DNA from: Prorocentrum cordatum
Taxonomy: Eukaryota
Length of the DNA: 64,000 bases
Assembly: GCA_963575745.1 (NCBI GenBank)
Contig: CAUYUJ010000237.1
Coordinates: 124,001 to 188,000, forward strand
Direction of reading: 5' to 3'
Shown here piece after piece: positions 23,811-36,164 of this stretch. The notes beneath the pieces are model-generated. The model saw only the letters and a list, made by a program, of their open reading frames with translations. It did not search any database and was not told the origin of the DNA. Made by a program: the position numbers and the translations under genes. How positions within the stretch are numbered: position 1 is the first letter of the stretch; each line of letters opens with the position of its first letter.

Positions 23811-24369
23811 CCTGCCTTAAGTTGCATCCTTTTGCACGGCAGTCACAAAATAGTTACCAAGCGCGCCCGCCAAAAGTGACGGTCATGATGATGATGGTGA
23901 CGATGGTGGTGATGATGATGGTAACTGTGATGCAGATGAACCTGATGTTCGGTCGTTAGAAACACATCAAAACATATTTGTTGTAATCGTACGAACGGTC
24001 GCACGCCCCCCCCCCTTCCCGTTCTACCCCGCCGTCTTGCAATTCAGGAGGGGCGGGCCCCGTTCGAACCCTCCGTCCCCTTGAGCAGGAGGGGGGACCC
24101 TTCCAAATCCGACCCCCCCCCACCGTCAGGGAGGAAGGGCCCGCCTCCCCCGGTCAGGGAGGCCAGTGACCAAAAGGGAGGGGGGAGCCTTTGGTTCTCC
24201 AGGGGTGCTCAACGCGTTGGGGGATCACCCCTTGGTTCCAACGTGCGAAGGTGTTTTTTTCCAGGCAAACGTCCACGAAATGCGTTTTCTCGCGTATGGG
24301 TAGACATACACATGTGGTGTAAGCCATGTGGTCTAAGCCATGTGATTAAGCCTGCCTTGAAAGCTCAGA

Positions 24370-24895
24370 GTAACCGGGGCGCCCGCGATGCGCCCACGAG
24401 GCGGCACGGGCGGCAATGTGGCGCAAACTTGGCACACCCTCTAAGCGCACGGGGCGCCCACGAGGCGGCATCGCCGGCAACTTGGCGCAACCTCGGCACA
24501 CCCTCCCAGCGCGGGGCGCATACCTAGGCGGCTACGAGGCGCGGTACTGGCCGCAACGTCACGAAAACTTGACATGCCAACCAGGCGCACTGACGAAAGC
24601 AACAGAGAGGCAACGGGCGGCAACGTGGCGAAGCCTCGCCGGACCCCACCAAGCGCAGGACGGCCACGAGGCGGCTGCGGGCGGCAACGCGGCGAAACCT
24701 CGCCGGACCCACCCAGCGCACGAGGCGGCCACGGGCGGCAGTCTGGCGAGACCTCGATGGACCGACCCAGAGCACGAGGCGGCCACGAGGCGGCCACGGG
24801 CGACAACGTGGCGAAACCTCGCTGGACCCACCCAGCGCACGAGGCGGCTATGAGACGGCCACGGGCGGCAACGTGGCGAAACCTCGTCGGACCCA
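24370..24895 (+). repeat. ~55-65-bp GC-rich tandem repeat
   Basis: Unit cacgaggcggccacgggcggcaacgtggcgaaacctcgccggacccacccagcg, about 8 degenerate copies. Confidence 0.85.
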
Positions 24896-25694
24896 TCCGA
24901 ATGTTTAGTGAAATAAGCAGAAACCCCTAAGTACAAGCACTGTCTGGAGAATTGAAGATTTTGTAGTTTCTTCGGACCCTGTTGGGGATTCTCTCGTGGC
25001 CCTCTTGGAGGCATCTTGGGCAGTCTTGTGTCCATCTTTGAGCGCCCTGGGGCCGTCATGGAACGTCTTGGAGGCATCTTGGGCCATCTTGGCGGCTGGG
25101 CCATCTCGAAAGCTCAGGACACGGAACCATGCATTGTTCTCCACGAGGGATCGTGGCCTCGGGAGCCGCTATCCACTCACTGGCCCTCAAGCGCCAACGT
25201 TCCGAGCTTTTGTGAGCCTACCGCCCCGCGGAGCGGAGCGGCACTATCCACTTGTAGGTGGTAGCGTGTCGCCAGGGACGCCGCGGCGACCGGGTATGCA
25301 AGAGTTCCTGGCTGTATTTGCCACGCCTCAAGTGCCAGGGGGCGCGCTTGTGGGTTGAGTGCAAGACTCACGGACATCGTACCACTGGGTTGATGCAAAT
25401 GCTGCAACGTGCCACTGGATGTTGGAGAGCAGATGGTGTCTACCCATTGGCTTCAGGCAGACCCATGGTCTATGGTGTTTGAGCCTTTTGTGAAGTTGGA
25501 GCCTCAGCAGCAGGAGGGGCAGGAGAGGAGGAGGAGGAGGAGGAGGAGGAGCAAGAAGGTATCGAGTACAAGACTCACTGAAACCACACACGAGGTGATG
25601 CACCTGACGCAGCAGATCACTAGATGCAGGAATGCATACTGTGCCTACACTTTGATGTTGGTCAGGCCGATGGTGCCTGACCAGAGAGGAAGAT

Positions 25695-26340
<646 letters not shown>

Positions 26341-26424
26341 CCATGCATGTCTACTCTACGTGAGGCGGAACGGCTGGTGTGCCCCGGCCAGCCTCCAGGG
26401 GACGAAGACGCCTGGCCCCCTCAG

Positions 26425-26545
26425 GCAGCGCAACGTCATGGAGCGCCAGCAGCGGGAAGAGCAGGACGGCAGGCAGGCCAGCTGGACGCAGGCGCGACGG
26501 GGAGTCGCAGGGGCTGGACGCGGCCTCTCGCCCTCGACCTCCATG

Positions 26546-26576
<31 letters not shown>

Positions 26577-26696
26577 GTCTCCCTCTCTCGCTTTCTCTCC
26601 TTCTTGTTCTCTCTCTCTCAGACTGGACCTGGCAGCGATTCCTGCGCATGCGGGATGACAGGGGCGCCGAGATCTCCTGGTTCGACGACCCTGCGG
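26425..26696 (+). CDS. Two candidate short exons (26425-26491 QRNVMERQQREEQDGRQASWTQ; ~26622-26696 DWTWQRFLRMRDDRGAEISWFDDPA), unknown product
   Basis: GC3-rich codons, cag|g acceptor, CAG|GC donor, and a (CT)n tract before the second acceptor. The phases do not join cleanly, so this is tentative. Confidence 0.4.
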
Positions 26697-26734
26697 GCAC
26701 CAGCACGCACACACACATACACACACACATCATG

Positions 26735-27600
26735 TGAAGGACGTCCCAGAGTCGCGCCTTCGTGCAGCGAGTCCCCTAGTCCAGGCCCGACCTTGGCTCC
26801 TTGCTGCAATATTCCCAGGGGGTCGACATGTACGATACGGCCTGGCCAGATCTGGCCAGCCCGCAGAAGGCCTGTGCCCCATGGCAACGAGGCCTCCTGC
26901 TCAACGACCCGTGTGGTGGAGACCACACGCAGCAATGCATTGTTCGGGCTGCCGTCTCAGCTGACGACTTCCCCTCTACCGCTACCGCGACGATGAGGAA
27001 GAGACGCGCAACACACACCTGTCTGGCGCTGGCGTTCCTGGGCCCAGCACCGCCGCCCTTTCACACGCCCATTTTCGCCAGGACGTCGGCCCAGAGCCCT
27101 TCCGCCCAATGTCGACACGCCGAATAATAACAAAACGCTCACAAGCAGCCGGCTGCAGTGAGACGGGAACGGACCAGACGTCTGGGTCGAGGCTGAGGAG
27201 CGGGGGGTCCATAGCGTCTGAGGCACCGCCGCCCCAGGCTGTGAACCCGACCCCACCCGTGCGGAGGCTTTCGGTGCGCTGAGGGTGGTCTTGCGTCCAG
27301 TTAACATTGCGTTGGCCACACAAGCGCTGGAGGCAAGTCCTGAACTGGCTTCTACAAGTGTTGTGGGTCCGAAACAGTTGCAAGCTCTCCAGGGACTTTG
27401 GTGATGAGCTTGTCGAATGCCCAGGGTGCGCGGTCAGCGGCCGCTTGCTCGGAGGGCAGCACCACACGCATCTTTGCGAGCAAACGGGCGTGTCTGTTCC
27501 GCAGCACGTGGGCCCCCTTGTCGGAGGAGAACCGTACCGTCGGGGCGCAGAAGAAGGAACCTTTTTCGCTGGGGAGGGGCTCAGTGTGCCTCCTAGTCTT
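26735..27600 (-). pseudogene. Possible highly decayed reverse-transcriptase fragment
   Basis: Only IVHVDPLGIL...GDSLHE resembles a YVDN-type RT motif; many frameshifts. Confidence 0.2.
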
Positions 27601-27681
27601 TCTACAGTTTGCCTCAGGTTGTCGTTCGGCTTTCGCTGGGAAAACGAGGTTTCACCTATGGAAGAAGAGGGCCTTCCTTCC

Positions 27682-27807
27682 CTCGGCATCGCTCGGACGT
27701 GTGCATTTTTCCTTCGGCGAGGACCATCGAGGAGCATCCTTGGTCATTTGGCGAAAAAGCCACGCACGAAACCGACAAATGCACAGGGAATGGACGTCCG
27801 AGCGATG
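27682..27807. mobile_element. MITE family D copy flanked by ~70-bp direct repeats
   Basis: TIR catcgctcggacgt/acgtccgagcgatg, homologous to 52396-52526; direct repeats at 27611-27681 and 27808-27878. Confidence 0.75.
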
Positions 27808-28478
27808 GCCTCAGGTTGTCTTTCGGCTTGCGCTGGAACAGCGAGGTTTCACTTATGGAAGAAAAGGGCCTTCCTTCCTGAGGAGGAGGAGGAGGAGGAG
27901 GAGGAGGAGGAGGAGGAGGAAGAAGAAGGGATGGGGAGGAGGAGGAGGAGGAGGAGGAGGAGGAGGAGGAGGAGGAGGAGGAGGCTCATTTAGGCTTCCT
28001 TCGGTCCATGCCCCGACTGCTCGTCGTCGCGCGGCGTCTCCCGCCCACGGCGGCCGCGGCGAGCGGAGCGCGTCGCGGGAGGAGGGTGCGGCTCGGCCTG
28101 CCCGTGCCGCGGGGGATGCGGCCGCTCCGGGAGGAGACTTCGACGATGTCGGGGGGGGGGGGGGCACCGTGGCTCGCAGGAACACCGCGGCTCGCAGGGG
28201 GACACGGGGGCCCCGAGAGAGAGAGAGAGAGAGAGAGAGCAAGAAAAACGAAGAAGTGGCAAGAGCGGAAGTGACAAACACATGCTACAGACAGAGGGAG
28301 GGGGAGAAGGAGAGGGGGAGGGAGAAGGGAGCAGGAGAAGGAGGGGAGGGTATAGCATTCTGCTTGGGGCGTTTGTTGTCGGAGGGGGACAATGTGGGGA
28401 CAGGCCAGGGGGGGGGGGAAGGGATGGTGGGAGGCAGAACAGCGGGGGGGGGGGGGGGGAAAGAGGGGCGGGCCCGAG

Positions 28479-28646
28479 GAAGACAAGAGCGGCGACTGGG
28501 GCGACTGGGGCGACTCCCCGGCCGCCGCGGCCGCCCCGGGCGTGCCCCTCAAGGCCGCGCCCCAGGCGGGGGCCGTGCCGCCCAGCGAGGAGGCGCCCGA
28601 GCGCGCGCAGTGGACGGCGAACTTCTGCCCGCACTGCGGGGAGAAG
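28479..28646 (+). CDS. Internal exon (phase 0-0, 56 codons) ending in the zinc-ribbon half-motif NFCPHCGEK
   Basis: gag|gaa acceptor, AAG|GC donor, near-exclusive G/C third positions; EDKSGDWGDWGDSPAAAAAPG...WTANFCPHCGEK. Confidence 0.65.
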
Positions 28647-28698
28647 GCCCGGCAGCGCGCCGCACGCTCTCTCCGCCGGGAGCCATGAGGCGGGGGTC

Positions 28699-28899
28699 CT
28701 CGGGGAGCAAAAAGTAACATAAACATAAAAACTCGGAGGTCCCCGCGGATTTCTCGGATCGGCGCTGGGGTCCCCCGGCGGCGCCTCCGGCGCCGCCCCT
28801 GGCGCGCTCCGCGCGCCAGGGAGGGGGGTGCAGCGCCGATCCGAGAAATCCGCGCGGACCTCGGAGTTTTATGGTTTATGTTACTTTTTGTTCCCCTAG
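28699..28899. mobile_element. 201-bp MITE with ~68-bp TIRs and an 11-bp TSD (Mutator-like by TSD length)
   Basis: Left ctcggggagcaaaaagtaacataaac...atttctcggatcggcgctg matches the reverse complement of the right end; TSD aggcgggggtc / agacgggggtc. Confidence 0.88.
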
Positions 28900-29170
28900 A
28901 GACGGGGGTCAGTGCAACCGGGGGTCAGCCAGAGCGCCCGATCCTGCAGGACCCTGCAGGGACAGGGTCGCATTGACCCGGGCTCGGGTGCAGGATCTTG
29001 CAGGACCCTGCAGGATCCTGCAAGGCCTGACTGACCCGGGTCTGGATTATTGACCCGGGTCAGAAGATTCCCGACTCCATTTGTAATCGGGTGCATCGAA
29101 GGAGGGGTTGATCGAGCTTCGAGATTCTGCTCTCCGGAGGCAGGATTCGAGGCTCCAAGGCAGGGCCGCA

Positions 29171-29365
29171 GCAGATGGGGTCGGAGGGTCGCGCCGCATC
29201 GGCGATGCATCGCCGATGCGGCTCGATGTGGGGCCCGATTTGCTTCACGTCGAAGTCGCCGGTGCATCGCCGACGTCGACGATGCATCTCAGGTGCATCA
29301 GCGATGCATCGCCGATGCATCGCCAGTGTATCGGCGATGCGACGCGATCCTCCGACCCCATCTAC
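29171..29365. repeat. Foldback element with an internal (gcatcgccgat) array
   Basis: agatggggtcggagggtcgcgccgcatcg is inverted as cgatgcgacgcgatcctccgaccccatct. Confidence 0.75.
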
Positions 29366-29799
29366 TCCGACCCGATCTAGGAGGCCTCTAATGATGTGTT
29401 ATTCAATCTGGGCGTTTTTTCCTAGATCTCGGCCAGCCTTGGGGAATTCAAGTATGGGTCCAGGGTGCCAAACGACGCCCGAGGAAGTGGTCGGGACCCT
29501 TTGGACAGCGGATTGAACAAATCACAGCGGCTGATGTCTGTGGTTCGAATTTGTCTTGCCTTCTCGTCGGTTCTCGGCGGGTTTCCAGCCTCGGTGTGCC
29601 TTCCAGCGGCCGTGCTTCGCCGAGGGCGTTCCAAAACAGCATATGGTGCTACCGGTGCGAGATGGATAATTCTGCAATGCTGGAGCGAAGCGCACTCCGA
29701 CTAGGATATACTAAAGCTGGAATACATGTAAAAAGTGCAGCAGTCGTCGGGGATCATGCCTAAAAGGTACTGTTGCACGTGAACAAGTCCGCTTGCAGC

Positions 29800-32700
29800 C
29801 ATTGTCGAAGACGCCCACGGCGAATCACCGCCGCCCCCTCCTAGAATCGCCCATGTGGCCGAGCGTTGTGGCAAGAGCTCCGTCAAGCAATTGGACCATG
29901 TGTTCCCCCAACCGTTGTGGAAACCCTTCGGGGAACACTTGGGGGAGGATGGCGGGGAAGATCAGGAGGAGGCGGAGGAGGAGGTGGAGGAGGAGGAGGA
30001 GGAGGCGGAGGAGGAGGTGGAGGAGGAGGAGGAGGAGGAGGATCTTGGGGGCCTCGTTGGCGCTCTGGGGGCGATCTTTAGGGCCTCTTGGGCCGTCGGA
30101 AGGCCGACAAAGAGCAAATACGTCACAAACCAACGGAAAATCAATGATTTTAGCTTCTTCGGGCCCTCCTGGAGGACCTCTCGGAGGCCTCTTGGGCCGT
30201 CTTGGAGGCCTCGTGGGCACCTCTTGGACAGTCTTGGGCAGTCTTGGAGGCTTCTTGGGCGGACTTGGAAGTATCTTGGACCCTCTTGGGCCGTCTTGGA
30301 GGCCACCGTGGAGGCATCCTGCAGGCCAGCTTGGGCCATCTTGCAGCCCTCTGAAGCAGGAAAAACATTGGCAAGCGGATCTTCGGGGTCTTTCCGGGTG
30401 GCCGGCGGGATGGGCCGGAGCTCCAGGGGAGAGTTCTTCTGGAACAAATACCAAACCCAAAACCGAAAGGGTCCAGCACGCCGGGCGGCCCTGTGGCAAG
30501 CCAACAGGGGGCGGCGGATCGAAGACGCCTACGGCGTATCACCGCCGCCCCCTGCCTTTTTGGAAGCGCCTGCGTGGCCGAAAATTGGGTTTGAGCTTGG
30601 CCAAGCTATCGGGCCACGCGTTCCCCGAGTGGGTTTCGAAAGCTTTCGGGGAACACAGAGTCGGGCGAGCTATCGGACCAGGTGGTTTCCAAGCCTTCGG
30701 GCCTTCCTGGAAGACGCGGACGCTCCTGGAGGACCCCTTGGACACCTTTTGGGCCGTCTTGGAGGCTTCGTGGTCGCCTCTTGGGCCTTCTTCGGCCATC
30801 TTGCAGGCTTCTGAGGCGGACTTGGAGGCATATTCGGCCCTCTCGGGCCGTCTTGGAGGCCATCTTGGACCAGCGTAGGCGAACTTGAGACCCATCGTGA
30901 CCCTCCTGCCCCAATTGTTCCCCGAGTCGGCTTAGAAAGCTTTCGGGGAACACGTAGGGGAGGACGGGACAGAGGAGGAGAGTCAGGGAAAAGGAGAAGG
31001 GAAGAAGAGGCCTCTTGGGAACCTCTTGAGACACTCTCGGGCTCTATTGGGCCAGCTTGGCGGTCTTGGCCGAGAGTTGGGCTAGAGTTTGGCCAGGCTG
31101 TCAGACCATGAGTTGCCCGAGTCGATTTGGAAGGCTTTGAGGACACGCCTATGTGGCCGAGAGTTGGGCTAGAGCTTGACCAAGCTGTCGGATCATGAGT
31201 TCCCCGAGTCGGTTTGGAAAGGTTTCGGGGAAAACGTAGGGGACGAAGAGGAAGAGGAGGGGAAGAAGGAAAAAGGAGAAGGGGGAGGATGCCTCTTCGG
31301 AGCCTCTTGAGGCACTCTTGGTCTCGATTGGACTATCTTGGGACCGTCTTGGAGGCCATGATGGTGCTATCTTTGGCTCTCTTGGGGCCTGTTGAGGGCC
31401 TCTTGGGGCCCTTTGGCCGTCTTATGGCGTTCCTGTCCCGTCTGACGCCGTCGGGAGCCGTCTTGGGGGCCCCTCTGAACCGACTTGGGGCCCTCTTGGA
31501 GCGCTTCGGGTCCGTCTTGGCGGCCATCTTGGGCGTGTTGGATGCCTCTTGGGCCGTCTTGGGGCCCTCTTGGCCCCTTCTTGGGGGCTTCTTGGGCCGT
31601 CATAGGGCCATCTTGGAGGCCTCGTGAGCGATTTTGGGCCGATCTTGGAGGCCTCTTGGGCCGTCTTGAGGTCTTCGGAAGGCCGAAAAGAAGCAAATGC
31701 CCAAATCCTTCAAAAACCTTAGGAAATTCAATGATTTGGGCCTCTTCGGGCTCTCCTTGAGGACCTCTTGGAGGCGTCTTGGGCGGCTCTTGGGGGCCTC
31801 TGGGGCCGTCTTGAACCATCTTGAGGCTATCTGAGGCCGTCTTGGAGGGGCCATCTTGGGCCGTCTTGGAGCCGTCTGGAGCAGGAAAAACCCTTGGCAA
31901 CCGGCTCCGGGCGAGCCGGGCAATCTTTCCGGGTGGCCGGCGGGACGGGCCGAAGGCCTTGGGGGAGTTCTTTCGGAAAAAGAACCAAAACCAAAACCGA
32001 AAGGGTCCAGCACGCCAGGCACCACTGCTATGAATCGACAGGGGGCGGCGGATCGAAGACGCCTACGGCGAATCACCGCCGCCCCTTGCCCTTGTAGAAG
32101 CGCTTATGTGTCCGACAGCTGGTCTAGAGCTTGGCCAAGCTATCGGACCATATGTGTTCCCCGAGTCGGTTTGGAAAGGTTTCGGGGAACGCGGGGGGGA
32201 GTAAGGGGAGGAGGAGGAGAAGGAGGAAAAAGGAGAAGGGGGAGGATGCCTCTTCGGAGCCTCTTGAGGCACTCTTGGGCTCGATTGGACCATCTTGGGA
32301 CCGTCTTGGAGGCCATGATGGGGCTATCTTGGGCTCTCTTGGGTCCTGTTGAGGGCCTCTTGGGGCCCTTTTGGGGCTTCTCGGGGGCTAATTATTTGGC
32401 CGTCTTATGGCGTTCCTGGCCCGTCTGACGCCGTCGGGAGCCGTCTTGGGGGCCTCTCTGAACCGACTTGGGGCCCTCTTGGGCGCTTCGGGTCCGTCTT
32501 GGAGGCCATCTTGGGCGTGTCGGAGGCCTCTTGGGTCGTCTTGAGGCCCTCTTGGCCCCTTCTTGGGGGCTTCTTGGGCCGTCATAGGGCCATCTTGGAG
32601 GCCTCGTGAGCGATTTTGGGGCGATCTTGGGGGCCTCTTGGGCCGTCTTGAGGTCTTCGGAAGGCCGAAAAGAAGCAAATGCCCAAATCCTTCAAAAACC

Positions 32701-35440
32701 TTAGGAAATTCAATGATTTTGGCCTCTTCGGGCTCTCCTTGAGGACCTCTTGGAGGCGTCTTGGGCGGCTCTTGGGGGCCTCTGGGGCCGTCTTGAACCA
32801 TCTTGAAGCTATCTGAGGCCGTCTTGGAGGCATCTTGGGCCACCTTGGAGGCATCTTGGGGCCATCTGAGCCGTCTTGGAGGCCATGTTGGCCGTCTTGG
32901 AGGGGCCATCTTGGGCCGTCTTGGAGCCGTCTGGAGCAGGAAAAATCCTTGGCAACCGGCTCCGGGCAAGCCGGGCAATCTTTCCAGGTGGCCGGCGGGA
33001 CGGGCCGAAGGCCTTGGGGGAGTTCTTTCCGAAAAAGAACCAAAACCGAAAGGATCTAGCACGCCAGGCACCCTTGCGATGAATCGACAGGGGGCGGCGG
33101 ATCGAAGACGCCTACGGCGAATCACCGCCGCCCCCTGCCCTTGTGGAAGCGCCTATGTGGCCGATAGCTGGGCTAGAGCTTGGCCAGGCTATCGGGCCAG
33201 TTGTTCCCCGAGTTGGTTTGGAAAGCCTTCGGGGAACGCGTGGGGAAGCAAGAGGTTTGAAATCGACCATGTGTCCGAGCGTTGTGGCAAGAGCTCTGCC
33301 AATCTATCGGACCATGTGTTCCCCCAACCGTTGCGGAAACCCTTCGGGGAACCCTTGGGGGAGGATGGCGGGGAAGATCAGGAGGAGGAGGAGGAGGAGG
33401 AGCACGAGGAGGAGGAGGAGGAGGAGGAGGAGCAGCAGAAAGAGAAGGAGAGAGGAGGAGAGGAAGAGGAGGAGGAGGAGGAGGAGGAGGAGGAGGAGGA
33501 GGAGGAGGAGGAGGAGGAGGAGGAGGAGGAGGAGGAGGAGGAGGAGGGAGGAGGAGGAGGAGGAGAGGGAGGAGGAGGAGGACGAGGAGGAGGAGGAGGA
33601 CGAGGAGGAGGAGGCGGAGGAGGAGGGGGAGGAGGAGGAGGGAGGAGGAGAGGAGGAGGAGAGGAGGAGGAGGAGAGCAAGAGGATGAGGAGGAGGAGGA
33701 GAGGAGGAGGAGGAGGAGGAGAGGAGGAGGAGGAGGAGGAGGAGGAGAGAAAGGAGGAGGAGGAGGAGGGAGGAGGAGAGAGGAGGAGGAGGGAGGAGGA
33801 GGAGAGGAGGAGGAGGAGGAGGAGCAGGAGGAGGAGAGGAGGAGGAGGAGGAGGAGGAGGAGGAGGAGCAGAAAGAGGAGGAGCAGGAGGAGCAGGAGGA
33901 GCAGGAGGAGCAGAGGAGGAGGAGGAGGAGGGAGGAGGAGGAGGAGGAGGAGGAAATAAGAGGGAGGATGGAGGAGGGAGGAGGGGAAGGAGGAGGAGGA
34001 GATAAGAGGGAGGATGGAGGAGGGAGGAGGGGAAGGAGGAAGAGGAGAAGGAGGGGGCATCTCGGGAACCTCTGGGAGCACTCTTGAGGCCTCCTGTGAG
34101 CTTCCTGGGAGCCCCTTGGTGGCATTTGGGGGGCCTCTTTGGGCCTGTTGGGGGCGTTTGGGTGCTGCTCGGGGGTCTCTCTGGCCGTCTCAGAGCATTC
34201 CTGTCACGTCCGATTCTGTCGGAAGCCGTCTTGGGGGCCTCTCGGGCCGTTCTGGGGCCGTCCTGGAGGCCCCTTGAGCGATCTTCCGGGGCTCTTGGGC
34301 CGTCTCGGGCCGTCGGAAGGCCGAAACGAAGCAAATGCCAAAATCCTTCAAAAACTTTAGGAACATCAATGATTTGGGCCGGCCTCTTGGTCCGTCTTGG
34401 AGGCCTCTTGGGAGCCTCTAGGGCCGTCATGGGCCATCTTGAGGCTATCTTGGACCGTCTTCAGTGCATCTTGGGCCGTCTTGGAAGCATTTTGGAGGCC
34501 TCTCTGGGCCGACTGGGGGCCCTTTTGGAATGCTCCAGGGCCGTCTTGGGGGCCATCTTGGGCGTCTTGGAGGCCTCTTGGGCCGTCTTGGGGCCATCCT
34601 GGGGCGGTCTTGGGGGCCTCTTGGATCGTTCTGGGGCCATCTCGGCGGCCACTTGGGCGATCTTGGGGCGATCTTTGGGGGCTTTTGGGCCGTCTTGAGG
34701 TCTTCGGAAGGCCGAAAAGAAGCAAATGCCAACATCCTTCAAAAACCCTAGGACATGCAATGAGTTTGGCCTCTTTGGGCCTTCCTGGAGGCCCTTTTGG
34801 AGGCCTCTTGGGCCGTCTTGAAGGCCTCTTGGAGGCCTCTTGGGCCGTCTTGAATCATCTTGAGGCTATCTGAGGCCGTCTTGGAGGCATCTTGGGCCAT
34901 CTTGGAGGCATTTTGGGGCCGTCTGAGCCGTCTTGGAGGCCCTGTTGGCAGTCTTGGAGGCGTCTTGGAGGCCATCTTTGGCCATCTTGAGCGAGACATT
35001 GAGGAATTGAGATCCTGTGCAATCTTTCCGGGTGACCGGCGGGACTGGCCGAAGGCCCCAGGGGAGTTCTTTTGGAAAAAGAACCAACACCAAAACCGAA
35101 AGGGTCCAGCACGCCAGGCACCCCTGCGATGAATCGACAGGGGGCGGCGGATCTAGTGGCCTTCGGCCCAGCCGCCACCGTTCCTGGGTTGTGGACCAGA
35201 GGACTCTGATATGCCTCTGAGGGTCTCTTCGGAGGCAACTTGGGGGCGTCTCGGAGGCCTCCTCGGGACCTATTGGGGGTCTCCTTGGGGCCTCTCGGGC
35301 TTTTGTCTGCAGTCCTGGAGGCCATCTTTGGAGCAAGAACTCCGCACCAGTTCGTGAACCCCCCCCCTCGGGGGCCCACCTCGGAGCTCAAGAGGGGGCC
35401 TCTTGGGCTGCCTCCGGGAGCTCGGGGGCAGTCTAAGGCC
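29800..35440 (+). repeat. Higher-order array of 1-2-kb units built from the 11-bp ggcctcttg/ggccgtcttg satellite, conserved modules and GAG tracts
   Basis: Modules ccaaaaccgaaagg..cagcacgcc (~30458, 31991, 33040, 35090) and gcaaatgcc..atccttcaaaaac recur. Confidence 0.9.
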
Positions 35441-36164
35441 GACCATGGGGGTAAATCCATCTCGGGCGCTTTTACGATCGCCGAACATGCGAGCTCAAAG
35501 TCACACAGAACAGTGCGCTGTTCACTGATGTTGGCCTCGTGGGTTGGCCCCCGGGGCCATCTAAAACGTTTCCACGGCGGGCCCGCAGACCGCAGACCAT
35601 ACGAGGCCATTCTGGAAGCACGAAGTGCCAACCACATCGCCGAGGCTTCCGAAAAAGTCGCGCGAGTCGCCGCGATAGTGCCTGAGAACGCCCGCGAATC
35701 CGGGCCCTGGTCTTTGTAACGTAGTTCCCAGCAAAACTCGAAGGTACCTGAGGACCCTCCACTGAGTGCCGTCGGCACGGTGGCCGATTGTATAATGTGG
35801 TACGGCGTTGATATGTCTTTGGTGCGATCGAGTATTGGTAAGAAAGGGGACGATGATTGGAAGGAGCAGGAGTCACGCCAGAACGAAAACAGTTTATCTC
35901 GCCTGGGGTCCTCCTCGGCCGTGTTAGCCAAATGTGTTACAGCATCGGGGGCCTCTCCGGGACGTGCGCTTCTCTTGGGTTTTTTTTGGGAGCGTCGGAA
36001 TCGTTTGGTAGTCTATTGGATGCTTCCTGGCGCATCAGAGGCACCGTAGGCCGTCCTGAAAGCATCGTAGGGTCATTTCAAGCCGTCTTGGGGGCCTCTC
36101 GGTGGCTCACTGGGCCGTCTAAGAGTTGATTCGGCCACTTTGGGGCGCCTCTTGGACGCCTCGG

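Noticed and set aside
35450..35940. Unique-looking island inside the satellite as a possible exon
   Set aside because: In-frame stop in the most protein-like frame and no recognisable motif or GC3 bias.
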